DNA of 64,000 nt, taken from the IMG/VR virus record IMGVR_UViG_3300032220_000751. The stretch is one strand, 5' to 3'. The number at the start of each line of letters is the position of its first letter. Position 1 is the stretch's first letter. Below the pieces are notes generated by a model. That model worked only from the letters and a program-made list of their open reading frames with translations, was not told the origin of the DNA and ran no database searches. A program made the position numbers and the translations under genes. This document shows, piece by piece, positions 51,885 through 61,938 of this stretch. The DNA comes from a virus. Lineage: Duplodnaviria > Heunggongvirae > Uroviricota > Caudoviricetes.

Positions 51885-54833
51885 TTACTGAGGTTGCTCA
51901 GGATTGTTGTTCTCATCCTCAGGATTATTCTCCGGAGTCTCAGAAGGTAATGCTAAGTTCTGATCTTCCAGATCACCACCCGGAGGCTGATCATTCATCC
52001 CTAAATCACCACCGTCTGGAGAGTTGGGATCGCCAAGGCCATCACCTGTGTCTCCAAAGCCGCCACCAGTATCACCGAAACCACCATCACCACCGAAGCC
52101 ACCGCCACCGAATCCGCCAGGTGCTTGGATGCCCATCTCTTCTAACTTCTCATCGGTCTTGTCTTTAGACTTCTCAGTCTTCTTAAAGATGTCCAGAACG
52201 ATCTTATTGACGTTCTCAACGTGACGAGCATGTTCATCGATAAACATCTTAGCAGCATCATCGCCATTACCAGACGCTGCAGTCAGACGAGTCAGTTCAG
52301 GCAAGATGCCGTTCTCAGACAGGTATTGACGCAGGAAGTAATCACGGCAGGCATTCTTAATCGAATCAATTTGTGGCGAAGAGTCACCAGCAACTTGATC
52401 AGTGAAGGTTGCGCTGTCGAAGAAGGCATTGAGTGCTTCATCCAGAGCAGTCTTGTACTTACCATAAGACTCCATCTGACGGTCCAGAGAAACAGAAGTC
52501 GGACGGGGAAGAGTTGCTTCCATAGACGAGATAATCTCGTTTAAGAGTTTGTCGATGATGTTAGTCTTCGACTTCTCAAACATCTCATCTGTGTATTCGA
52601 TCTTCTTACCTTCCTTCTGTTGTTCACGCACCTTAGCGTAATCCACCAGATCCGAACGAATGAAACCACGTTGGATCAAGTCATCCCGGTTACGCAGATG
52701 TTTCTTCAGGTTGTCGAAGTTATCGAACAGGATTGCTGACAACTTACCGTACAGATTACCAGAGGAAACCACGATACGCTTTAAGAGTTCAGTTTCCTGT
52801 GCCATGAAGATCTCTTGAATCATCGTAGCACGCTTGGCCATAATCACGTTGTTCTCAGTGAAGATGGTAGCGAACTCTGGCTGGTAAGCCGAATCAACCA
52901 TTTCTGGAGTAACACCAGTTGCCATGATGGACTGCTTACGCAGGTTATCGCGCAGGTCTTGGTCAGGCTTAGGGAAGTTGGTGGACTTCTCAGTGAAAGT
53001 CACATCGTAATCAGGCAACCCAGGGTGACCTGTGACGTGAATCTCAATACCGGCGCGCATGATACCATCGACCATGTCTGCAATGCTGTTTGCACCCAGA
53101 GGGAACGACGATACACGACTACGAGCGATTTCATGGATGATAGTTTCTTTGGACTTACCCGGATCCGGATCTTCTGGGTCCAGTTTGACTTGGACATCAG
53201 TACGACCGATGGAGTTACGGATAGAGGCCATGGTATCAGCCATCTGAGTCATCACACGCATGGAGTTAACAATGCGAGCATCGTCTAACAAAGACTTACC
53301 CAGACCATCATCATCGTAATCGAATGCCATGTAGCTAGCGAATTCAATCGGGATGAATAACAGCTGAGTGTTTTGCTCTTGTAAAGAACGAGCTAACATG
53401 ATGCGGTAGACTTCAGTATTGCGGGCTAATGCGACACCGTTATCATACATGCCATTGCGCAGACGAGCGGTCAGATCACGCTCGATGTAATCGCCATAAG
53501 CTGCAGCGCAATAATCGAAGGTACGCGGTTGACCAAAGTCAAAGCCTTCTTGCTGTTGCTTGACCTTATTCATCATCGATGATGCAAAGGTCGTTGTCGA
53601 ATTCATGCGCATTTGCATGCGACGGAATTCATCAGGCGCCGATGCCTGAGACAGCGGATAACCTTCAGCGTCGAGAATGACGAACATGCCAATCTTCTCT
53701 TCAGGACGTCCTGGTACGTGAACCGGGATCACCGATTCAGACGGCAGGTGCAGAATCAGAGGCTCACCCACGGTATAGCGGGTTAACTGATTCTGTGTCT
53801 TTAAAGAGACCACAGGGTTGTGTTGGAAGCGACGGCCTTTGTAGAACAGCGAACGGATCTCACGATCGTTAGCGTCTTCAGCCATGGCTTTAATCACACC
53901 GTGTGGGCTATTGGCATCCCCATTGGGTTCGATTAACTGTACGCCCTCCATACTGGGGGAGCGAATGAAGTTATCGTTAGGTTCGTAGGTCTCGCCAGCA
54001 GTCATCAGCGTGCGAACTTTCTGTTCACGAGCACGTTGATACAACAGGGGTAACTTCATCGCAAAGATGTTGTCTGTCACTGTGACGTGAGTGTCAATAC
54101 CATTGTCAAAGTCTTGCTCCAGACGCAGATTGTGATCAATACGTTGTTGAGCAGACGATACACCTGTGAACGATTCAGTTGTGTAACGCAGTCCGTTATC
54201 GGCAGTAGGCTTACTCTTTAACACTGGACCCAAAATGTTCTTTTGAGTCAGGTATTGAGACTTACTGTCAATGAATTCAGAAATGCTTTCGGTACTGAGT
54301 GTACGAGTACCATTGATAATGGCATCGATGGTATTTTCAGGTAAGACAGCAACCGGATAACTACCAGTGCGGAACAGAATGTCCTTTAACTGGCGTGGCA
54401 GCTTGTCTTTTATTTTATAGGTCTGGTCGAAGTACTCCGATAATTCTCCGATGATCAGCGAACCAACATCCGAAGGAAGCAGGTCCTCACCAATCTGGTA
54501 ATTAATTTCCAGAGTGGTCATATCCTTTGGAGAAAGTACCATGCTGATCAGGATCTGCGACGCGACATCGATGTCGGGTAGCATCTGCATCGTCAACTTC
54601 GAGTCGATGATGTCTTGTGTTTTCTGATTACCGATGCTTCGGAAAGCATTGATATCTGGTGGCAGCACTTCCTGATTGCCCTTTTGATCGTAGCGTGGTG
54701 GCATTCGACCAGGAATCAACTTACTTACCGTTGCGGCAATCTCAGGTTGGCGGCGCGCAATGTTCAAAGCTGGGAAGGTCTCCCCTCCGCTTCGAGCTGC
54801 GATCGTCTTCTTGACGCCGGGACTTCTTCTCAT
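51885..54833 (-). CDS. Probable portal protein (phiKZ gp129-like)
   Basis: 982 aa; LHLPSESVIPVHVPG..G.FV.LD..G, G.GKSLL; S-x-E motifs; synteny; assignment from recall. Confidence 0.6.
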   Translation of the reverse strand: MRRSPGVKKTIAARSGGETFPALNIARRQPEIAATVSKLIPGRMPPRYDQKGNQEVLPPDINAFRSIGNQKTQDIIDSKLTMQMLPDIDVASQILISMVLSPKDMTTLEINYQIGEDLLPSDVGSLIIGELSEYFDQTYKIKDKLPRQLKDILFRTGSYPVAVLPENTIDAIINGTRTLSTESISEFIDSKSQYLTQKNILGPVLKSKPTADNGLRYTTESFTGVSSAQQRIDHNLRLEQDFDNGIDTHVTVTDNIFAMKLPLLYQRAREQKVRTLMTAGETYEPNDNFIRSPSMEGVQLIEPNGDANSPHGVIKAMAEDANDREIRSLFYKGRRFQHNPVVSLKTQNQLTRYTVGEPLILHLPSESVIPVHVPGRPEEKIGMFVILDAEGYPLSQASAPDEFRRMQMRMNSTTTFASSMMNKVKQQQEGFDFGQPRTFDYCAAAYGDYIERDLTARLRNGMYDNGVALARNTEVYRIMLARSLQEQNTQLLFIPIEFASYMAFDYDDDGLGKSLLDDARIVNSMRVMTQMADTMASIRNSIGRTDVQVKLDPEDPDPGKSKETIIHEIARSRVSSFPLGANSIADMVDGIMRAGIEIHVTGHPGLPDYDVTFTEKSTNFPKPDQDLRDNLRKQSIMATGVTPEMVDSAYQPEFATIFTENNVIMAKRATMIQEIFMAQETELLKRIVVSSGNLYGKLSAILFDNFDNLKKHLRNRDDLIQRGFIRSDLVDYAKVREQQKEGKKIEYTDEMFEKSKTNIIDKLLNEIISSMEATLPRPTSVSLDRQMESYGKYKTALDEALNAFFDSATFTDQVAGDSSPQIDSIKNACRDYFLRQYLSENGILPELTRLTAASGNGDDAAKMFIDEHARHVENVNKIVLDIFKKTEKSKDKTDEKLEEMGIQAPGGFGGGGFGGDGGFGDTGGGFGDTGDGLGDPNSPDGGDLGMNDQPPGGDLEDQNLALPSETPENNPEDENNNPEQPQ

Positions 54834-54876
54834 TACTTAACCTCATCAGTCTGGGTTATACGAAAGGTGTTTTGAT

Positions 54877-57156
54877 ATGTCAGTGTCTAACTACTTTGAC
54901 ATCTATCGAGAGTTAGTATTTCAGTTAGCGTCGACTATCGTCGTAAAATCCACTGAAACCGCAGCACTCAATAACAAATGGGTAGCCGCGCATGGTTATG
55001 CAGTGGATGAGACAGATCCAACGACGTGGAAATACTATTTGAATATCTGTGGCAGGTACCATGCATCGGATACAATGATGCGGGTCAAGTCCATGGATAC
55101 TCTCGAAGAGATTGACTTTACCATTGAGAACTTGGTAATTCACCGAGCTACTGCCCGTGGTTATGCTTACGGTACGCGTGGCTATAGTGAATTGGTCACG
55201 CTCTATCCGAAACAAGAACGCCTAATCAAAGGCATTCTGTTCCCGGCAGACATGAGTGAAGCCATTGCCGGTGACAATGGTAAAATCCTCTCCTATGCGC
55301 CTGGCTCTGTGGAAGATCAAGAGCGTAGCCTCATAGATAAACTGCAAAAATGGATTTATAACTGGCATGCTATTAATATCAACCCGAACTACGCTTACGT
55401 AGACGAGTTGTATTTACCCGTGCTGTTAGGCATGATGTACCAGCACATGGTGCCTGCCATCTTCAACTTCCGTTTAGAAGCATGCAAGACCATCGAAGCT
55501 CACAGCTTCCATATTCAGCAGTATTTGGCATCCCATGGCGGACTAGATTCGTACATGGGAAACATGACGCTGAATCAGAAGTTATACTTCTACCGCAACA
55601 TCGCCTATCTTGAACGCAACAGCGGCAAGAGTGAGATCTTCGACACGTTAGTCGAGCATACAATGACACAGCGTAATCTGCCAATTGCAGAATACACGAT
55701 GAAGCATGATGTCAGTAATCAGCCGGATAGTTTCTATCCGACCCCAACCTTCAGAATGAAGGCGCTGAATATCCAGACAACAGCTGCTGTGCCTGAAACC
55801 ATTGACTTAGATACCATGCTATCCAAAGAGCAGTTACTTGCTCGCGATAACATCGAGTATCAGGCTGATGCGTTAGAATCGATTAATGAAGAACTGATCA
55901 ATGCACCGTCGAACGTAGAACTGACTAAGGCGTTGGAGTCCGCAATGGTGGACTATACCAACTCGACACCGTACACCATGGAAGACATCTTGTTGAACCA
56001 TTGGTTACTGTGGGCCAGTTCTGGTAAGTATCGTGCTTACATCTCCTTTGATGATCCTGTTACTGGAGATCCGATTCAGTTGATTGCTAAAGATGCGTTT
56101 ACCTTCATGTGGTATTCGTTCTGCGCATCGATTGGATTTAAGCCGGACTACGTTCCTCTTCTGGTAGCATGGCGGGTACAACGTGATCCGTTACCGTCTA
56201 TTGACGACTTGATGTCTGTGGTACCAAGTAGCTTTAGCCGTAACTGGGCAACCCTCGCTATTCAGAACCAGCCTGTCATTGGGCAGATCATCTCCACAGA
56301 AGACTTTTGGAATACTTGTAAAGAAGTGTTCGTCGCAGCTAATCAGCAACGTCGATTAATTGCGTATCAAGAGACTTTCATGGATCGCGGTTACATGCAT
56401 AACTTGGTGTCTCGTATCTATTCAGATACGGTTTGCCGAGTCGAGCCTGATAACACCACTTACGATCAATGGTTCAAAGACCACAACATCAACATCTCTG
56501 ACTTCACCCAAGATCAGTTAGGTCAGGTCTACGTCAACATCGTTAAAGCTGCAACAGGTGCAAACCTGGTGACAACGAATTCGGTACGTAATCTCCAGAA
56601 GGCAATGGTCAGCATGATGACTAAGCTCTCTAGTTATTCCGTGCAGTTCATGTCGCTGATTAACGATAGTGACTTGCGTCCTATTGACTTACCTGTCATT
56701 CGACCCGATAACATGACCGGGAAGGGTGCGGAGCTGATTCAAGCTGAAGTCATTGTTGCTAATGTCAATCACGAACGCAGTGTTTTAAAACATCACATCT
56801 GGACCGGCTTGAACTGGCCTAATGTAGATAGTGATTTCCAATCGACTCAGCATCATCATTTAAAAGTCGATATCCCAGTACGTGCAATGGGAGATCGCCC
56901 TGTTACCGTTAAACGCATTCGTGTGGAATCTGCACGTATTCGTGCTCGCTACGCAGGTCCTCCATTAACGCTGAATGATCGTGACATCATTCCAGTACCG
57001 GGGATTAAAGAATATCTGGACTTACCTATTGCCGATAGTCAACGATTCAAAGATCGCAATGGGAACTTCTGGTTCTACTCTGTCCCGCAGAAGAGGAACT
57101 TGGCAGAAGCAATTGCCAACAACGTTCTGAACGGTATTAACTGGATTCCGATGTGA
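54877..57156 (+). CDS. Virion structural protein
   Basis: 759 aa; WKYYLNICGRYH..D..M.V.S.DT.E.I.FT pattern typical of phiKZ-like virion proteins. Confidence 0.7.
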   Translation: MSVSNYFDIYRELVFQLASTIVVKSTETAALNNKWVAAHGYAVDETDPTTWKYYLNICGRYHASDTMMRVKSMDTLEEIDFTIENLVIHRATARGYAYGTRGYSELVTLYPKQERLIKGILFPADMSEAIAGDNGKILSYAPGSVEDQERSLIDKLQKWIYNWHAININPNYAYVDELYLPVLLGMMYQHMVPAIFNFRLEACKTIEAHSFHIQQYLASHGGLDSYMGNMTLNQKLYFYRNIAYLERNSGKSEIFDTLVEHTMTQRNLPIAEYTMKHDVSNQPDSFYPTPTFRMKALNIQTTAAVPETIDLDTMLSKEQLLARDNIEYQADALESINEELINAPSNVELTKALESAMVDYTNSTPYTMEDILLNHWLLWASSGKYRAYISFDDPVTGDPIQLIAKDAFTFMWYSFCASIGFKPDYVPLLVAWRVQRDPLPSIDDLMSVVPSSFSRNWATLAIQNQPVIGQIISTEDFWNTCKEVFVAANQQRRLIAYQETFMDRGYMHNLVSRIYSDTVCRVEPDNTTYDQWFKDHNINISDFTQDQLGQVYVNIVKAATGANLVTTNSVRNLQKAMVSMMTKLSSYSVQFMSLINDSDLRPIDLPVIRPDNMTGKGAELIQAEVIVANVNHERSVLKHHIWTGLNWPNVDSDFQSTQHHHLKVDIPVRAMGDRPVTVKRIRVESARIRARYAGPPLTLNDRDIIPVPGIKEYLDLPIADSQRFKDRNGNFWFYSVPQKRNLAEAIANNVLNGINWIPM

Positions 57157-57263
57157 CGTAAATCACGTTCAATAGTGTGATTACGAGTTTGATCATCACT
57201 GTCTTAGAGTAGGGAGTGAAGCTCAAATTTACTCCCTACTTATTTAACTTTTAGGATGTTTTC

Positions 57264-58112
57264 ATGGAGAATATTACTCGGACTATCGGCAGTGCTTATT
57301 TGCAGACAGTTCAATGGATCGGTGCACGTTTCGTCATGAAACAAAACTCCACTCTTAACGAGAAGTGGAACATCCAAAGCGGTATTGCACCCGGTACCAA
57401 TGACATGCCCCGCATCAAAGCCTACGGTATCGGAAACGGTGGACATGATCTGATCGTGGTCAATGGCATTGCCAAACCGCGACCGACTCAGTTCAAGACT
57501 CGCAATGCTTCTCTGTACAAACACATGCCTTTCGTGCTGCGTTTACCAGAAGCAGATCTGACGGTGGATGAGCGTAGTAAATACGCCATGCGTCGAATCG
57601 AAGATCACAACGGTACGAACTACGTGGCGTACTACTTAAAGCGTATTGACTTCACCAACGTCGTTCCGGTGATCAATTACCACCAAGTCGTTGAAGGTGG
57701 CGATGAAGTCGTCACTGCCTTTAACTACACCACGGACGACCTGAACCCGGTCGCACCAGCACTGTCTCCCACTGGCACGAACATCGTCTCGGGCGATTAC
57801 CTGTCGGCCTCGGCTCCGGTGTCGATTGCACTGACCGCTGCTGATGTTGAAGAACTGATCAACGTAGCACAGATCATCTGGAACGATGCTGACTTAGCCA
57901 TCGTCTCGGAAATGTGTCTGGTCTCTGGTGTGGATAAGACTGTGGCGTCTCCTTCAGTGGGTAACTCGACGATTAACTTCGTTGAGCTGATTGCTGCCCA
58001 AGTGTGCACCATGATCAACGTGTTCTATCCGATGAACTTCAACAACCAAGGTGTGGATATCGCTCTGGACCTGGGTGCAACGGAACCTCTGTTCAGCTTA
58101 ACCAGCAGCTAA
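57264..58112 (+). CDS. Virion structural protein
   Basis: 282 aa; IGNGGH, MPFV.R, VAYYLKRI, SE..LVSGVD patterns; strong codon bias. Confidence 0.7.
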   Translation: MENITRTIGSAYLQTVQWIGARFVMKQNSTLNEKWNIQSGIAPGTNDMPRIKAYGIGNGGHDLIVVNGIAKPRPTQFKTRNASLYKHMPFVLRLPEADLTVDERSKYAMRRIEDHNGTNYVAYYLKRIDFTNVVPVINYHQVVEGGDEVVTAFNYTTDDLNPVAPALSPTGTNIVSGDYLSASAPVSIALTAADVEELINVAQIIWNDADLAIVSEMCLVSGVDKTVASPSVGNSTINFVELIAAQVCTMINVFYPMNFNNQGVDIALDLGATEPLFSLTSS

Positions 58113-58220
58113 CCTGTTTAGAACGGTTTTAAGGTACCTTAGAGCCGTTTTATCCACGGGGACGGAGAATTTAGCGTCTATGGGATTTAAACGTCCTATA
58201 GACGCTCCTAAGGATTGTCC

Positions 58221-58823
58221 ATGTTAAGAATCCCAGAAGAAAGTTCTCCCATCTTACCCATGATAGGCATAGACCCCGGCTCAATGAAGCTAGGTCTAGC
58301 CGTCTTGTGGTTCGATGTGACTACTATGACCATCGTGAAAACGGAATCCCGCACAGTTCGTGTGGATAAGATGGTTAAAGACAACCCACTGGTAGAAACC
58401 ATGGGTGAACTGTTTGCTCGTTTGTACAAGCTGCAGCACATGTTAACTGGATACTTCAATGCGATCCAGCCAGTGATGATTGCAACTGAAACACCGTACT
58501 ACAATCCACGTCGTCCATCTGCTTACGGTCCATTGGTGAAAGTCATCACCATGATCGAAGAAGCTGTAGTGAAATACAATCCTGAAATGGGATTGACGTA
58601 CATTGCTCCGTCTACCGTTAAGGCACGGGTCAATGCTAATACCTTGGTACGTGACAAGGATAACGTGATCGAATGTGTTCGTAACCTCCCTGACTTGTTC
58701 TACGATGGTGAGATCCCATTTGATCAGCTCGATGACAACGGCGCTGATGGACTCGCTATTGTTTATGGAGCGTTCCATAACCTCGTGAGGGAAAAGTGTT
58801 TGATAACGTCAAAAACTACTTAA
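58221..58823 (+). CDS. ruvC: RuvC-like Holliday junction resolvase
   Basis: IGIDPGS..LG, IATETPY, P..VK, DGLAI. Confidence 0.85.
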   Translation: MLRIPEESSPILPMIGIDPGSMKLGLAVLWFDVTTMTIVKTESRTVRVDKMVKDNPLVETMGELFARLYKLQHMLTGYFNAIQPVMIATETPYYNPRRPSAYGPLVKVITMIEEAVVKYNPEMGLTYIAPSTVKARVNANTLVRDKDNVIECVRNLPDLFYDGEIPFDQLDDNGADGLAIVYGAFHNLVREKCLITSKTT

Positions 58824-59269
58824 TCGCAGCACTGGTTGCTGCAGTAGCATTAGCCGGTCTTGGTTTGTGGTACTTCCAAAAAGAATCCAAGAAGGATGCT
58901 GCTACAATCGCCGTAGAGAAAGTACGCGGCGATACTGCTGAAGATGCTCAGCAAAAGGGAGAGCAGTCTTCGGAGGCTACTAACAAGTCTTCAGAGAAGT
59001 TAGCTGGGGATCAAGATAAAGTTGATGCAGATGCTACCAAGCAAAAGGACACGACTGAACAGAAACGCCGTGAGGCTGAAAGTCAGTACACACCTCCCAA
59101 GCAGACTGCACCGATTGATGGTACTGGGATGACCTTGAGTAATAAGAATCCTGACCAACCATTGATTGACCAAAAAAGCCAAATCGCTATGGATCAACTC
59201 TGGGGACAGTATTGCCAGAATTATCCCACTAATGACACCTGTGTCAAATTGAAAGGACAACAGAAATGA
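58796..59269 (+). CDS. Inner-membrane spanin (Rz-like)
   Basis: N-terminal TM then helical periplasmic domain with C-terminal CxxxYPTNxxC; upstream of lipoprotein. Confidence 0.65.
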   Translation: MFDNVKNYLIAALVAAVALAGLGLWYFQKESKKDAATIAVEKVRGDTAEDAQQKGEQSSEATNKSSEKLAGDQDKVDADATKQKDTTEQKRREAESQYTPPKQTAPIDGTGMTLSNKNPDQPLIDQKSQIAMDQLWGQYCQNYPTNDTCVKLKGQQK

Positions 59270-59604
59270 AGTCCAACCTTAAACTCGCATTTCTGTTTAC
59301 CTTTCTGTTCCTGTTAGCTGGTTGTTTGCAGGGATGCGGTACCCAGATTGTGACGGTGACGAAGTATCAGTTCGTTCCTGTACCTAAAGCCTATACTCTA
59401 CCCTGCGTGGATGTAGCACCTCCTGATCCATTCGAATTCTTGACGTTGCCAACTCATCGTCGTATTGACTTGTTATCTGATCGCAGTTTCAATCAGAGTG
59501 TTGTGATTGTGAAATGCAACAACAAGTTAAAGACCATCTCTGACTGGAGTGATGAACAGGAAACGATTTACAAGAACAAGTCAAGTCAGGAGCCCAGTAA
59601 ATGA
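59266..59604 (+). CDS. Outer-membrane lipoprotein spanin (Rz1-like)
   Basis: Lipobox LLAGC/LQGC, Pro-rich VPVP..LPC...PP, KCN; overlaps Rz-like stop. Confidence 0.7.
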   Translation: MKSNLKLAFLFTFLFLLAGCLQGCGTQIVTVTKYQFVPVPKAYTLPCVDVAPPDPFEFLTLPTHRRIDLLSDRSFNQSVVIVKCNNKLKTISDWSDEQETIYKNKSSQEPSK

Positions 59605-60077
59605 CCACCGCCACTGAAGTTCTCCACAAGTTACCAGATGGCGCTGAACTTGGTCCACTGGAGGCAAAAGATGAAGTTCTGTCTGAACTCATCGAGGCAT
59701 ATAACGACCGTGTAGAGATCCGGCGTAACTCCTGCAATGTCACGTTGAAGAAGTTAACCCCGGAATCTACTGGTGCTGACTTGAAGACGGAAATCACCAA
59801 GCTCCCGATTGAAGATCAGTTAGAACTGCTGCAAGCTTATAAAGAAGGTAAGAAGGATAAGACCTCTGAAGAAGAAGCAGCAAAGGAAGAACGACAGCAC
59901 AAATGGAAGATCATTGACAAGTTGACCGATCTGGGCATCACTGTCATCTTTCTGATTGTGGTGACTTATTGTTATCATGGTATCACCACTGGTAACTGGA
60001 ACAATGAAATCATTTCCAAACTGATTGATGTCAGCGTTGACTTGATCAAGTACTTCTCAGGAACTAACAACTCATGA
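59601..60077 (+). CDS. Hypothetical protein with C-terminal transmembrane segment
   Basis: ATGA overlap, 158 aa. Confidence 0.75.
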   Translation: MTTATEVLHKLPDGAELGPLEAKDEVLSELIEAYNDRVEIRRNSCNVTLKKLTPESTGADLKTEITKLPIEDQLELLQAYKEGKKDKTSEEEAAKEERQHKWKIIDKLTDLGITVIFLIVVTYCYHGITTGNWNNEIISKLIDVSVDLIKYFSGTNNS

Positions 60078-61885
60078 AACCCTCTCTGATCCGAAATGCT
60101 TTCGGTAAACGGCCAGTGAAGTTCTTACTGCCCACTCCGGAAACAAAATTCACGGTCTCTTTGGAAGAGATCGCCACTGGCGTAGCCGCACCTGAAGTAG
60201 AACACGTGATCTATGGCCGTCTGCTTGATCTGGGTCAGTTAGCTCGCGCTTCTCACATGGAAAAGCAAGAGCAATGGGAAGTCAAAGTCCCAAAGACCAA
60301 TGACAATGCCACACGCGGTACCATTCGTGTTCGCAAGACCATGATCGAAGGCAGTCCGGATGAATACACCCTCTGCGGTAAAACTCCCGCAGGCGATGCA
60401 TCCAATCCACTGGAGCGTAAGGAAGTTCCTATTCCCTGCACTCAAGACATGTTCGATGTCATCAAATCCATGGCGTCAGCCGGGATGCGTAAGGATCGTT
60501 ACTTCTTCCCGGCTACTGCCACGGGCGAAGTCATTCCTCACGATGCTGCTAATCTCGGTGATCCCATTCCTGAAGACCAAGCAACAGATGCAGCGCATGC
60601 TGAAGGCGACAAGTGGGTCATGCCTTTGAAAGATGCTGTTACTGAGCACAAAGATCTGGTCAATGCACTGGAGTCTCCCGATAAGTCTGACGATCAGAAA
60701 GAGATCGCAGAACAAGGCGGTGAACTCAAGCGCATGGAAGCTGCTGAAGCCGAACAAGAGAATGTGGCAACTGAAGGCGATACAGTTGACATGATCAATG
60801 CATCTTCTCACTGGTTGCCTGAACTCGACTTCACCAAACAACCTGGCGTCTTCAAGAAGCAAGAAGTGGTGGTGGAAGCCATCATCTGGACGGGTAAGAA
60901 TCTGGCTCAAGTCCAAGCTTTCTTGTCGGGTAATGCCAAAGCTGGTGAAGAAATTGTCATCAGTGAAGATGACGGCAATGCTGATACCGATGGTGAACTG
61001 CTGATCGATACACTGGAAGATGGTGAAGGTAAGCAAGTGCAGCACATTGCTTCTCCTGGCGATTACATCATCAAGGGCGTCAAGGGTGAGTTCTATCCGT
61101 GCAAGCCTGACATCTTTGCTGAGACGTACGCACAGACCAATCTGGTGACACTGGAAGAATTGCCTCCTGAAGGTGTGGAAGCAGAACCCACTGGTGAACC
61201 CAGTGAAGCACCCGCACAAGCGGCACAAGAACTCTCTACCAATGCATCGCCTCTGCAAAGCCCGCAAGCTGAGCCTGAAGGTCTGGTATGGGAAGTTGAC
61301 TTGTTCCTGAAGGAAGACGGTTCGTACTACGACTGGGTGAAGATTGATCTGGAAGTCGGTAAGGGTAATGAGAACATGCCACTACCCCCGCTGCCTCTGA
61401 ATCTGTCTGACATCATCGCAGCTCCGTATGGTCAGCGCACTGAAGCCGAGGAAGCGACTGTTTCCAATCTGTACTCCACGATCTTCGTAACCCGTAATCC
61501 TGGCGCTACACCTCTGTCGACTCAACCGACTCCGGCATTCGATCAGTCCAAGGTTGCAGAAGATGGCACTCCTGCTGAAGGTACTCCTGCTGACAGCAAT
61601 GGTACTGGTGCCGCACCGGAAGGTGTCAATGATGTTGAAGTAGATCCGGCTGCTAAGGAAACTACTGAGGAACCCACCGCTGGTGAACCTCCTGCTGAAG
61701 AGAATGCACCTGATGCAGAAGAACCACCTGTTGGTGAACCTCCGGAAGAAGCTACTCCTCCGGCGGAAGATGAAGCACAACCTGAGACTCAACCTGAAGA
61801 AGTTACTGAACCTACCGCTGAAGCTCCTAAGGGACGTCAGCAACAGTTCACTGACGATCTGAAGCAAGCTCTCGGTCAAGACTAA
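60074..61885 (+). CDS. Acidic virion-type protein: CYTH-like domain interrupted by a PGDY-type domain, E/P-rich tail
   Basis: EVEHVIY, IRVRKT, YTL.GK, RKE, KDRY.F ... WEVDLF, WVKIDLE; insert ASPGDYIIKGVKGEFYPCKPDIFAETY. Confidence 0.6.
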   Translation: MKPSLIRNAFGKRPVKFLLPTPETKFTVSLEEIATGVAAPEVEHVIYGRLLDLGQLARASHMEKQEQWEVKVPKTNDNATRGTIRVRKTMIEGSPDEYTLCGKTPAGDASNPLERKEVPIPCTQDMFDVIKSMASAGMRKDRYFFPATATGEVIPHDAANLGDPIPEDQATDAAHAEGDKWVMPLKDAVTEHKDLVNALESPDKSDDQKEIAEQGGELKRMEAAEAEQENVATEGDTVDMINASSHWLPELDFTKQPGVFKKQEVVVEAIIWTGKNLAQVQAFLSGNAKAGEEIVISEDDGNADTDGELLIDTLEDGEGKQVQHIASPGDYIIKGVKGEFYPCKPDIFAETYAQTNLVTLEELPPEGVEAEPTGEPSEAPAQAAQELSTNASPLQSPQAEPEGLVWEVDLFLKEDGSYYDWVKIDLEVGKGNENMPLPPLPLNLSDIIAAPYGQRTEAEEATVSNLYSTIFVTRNPGATPLSTQPTPAFDQSKVAEDGTPAEGTPADSNGTGAAPEGVNDVEVDPAAKETTEEPTAGEPPAEENAPDAEEPPVGEPPEEATPPAEDEAQPETQPEEVTEPTAEAPKGRQQQFTDDLKQALGQD

Positions 61886-61897
61886 CTGAAAAGTTAA

Positions 61898-61937
61898 GGT
61901 CATAAAGCCCCACTGCCTAGGCAGTGGGGTCTATGAC
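61898..61937. terminator. Bidirectional CATAA-hairpin-TATG terminator
   Basis: CCCCACTGC-CTAG-GCAGTGGGG between convergent genes. Confidence 0.7.
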
Positions 61938-61938
61938 G

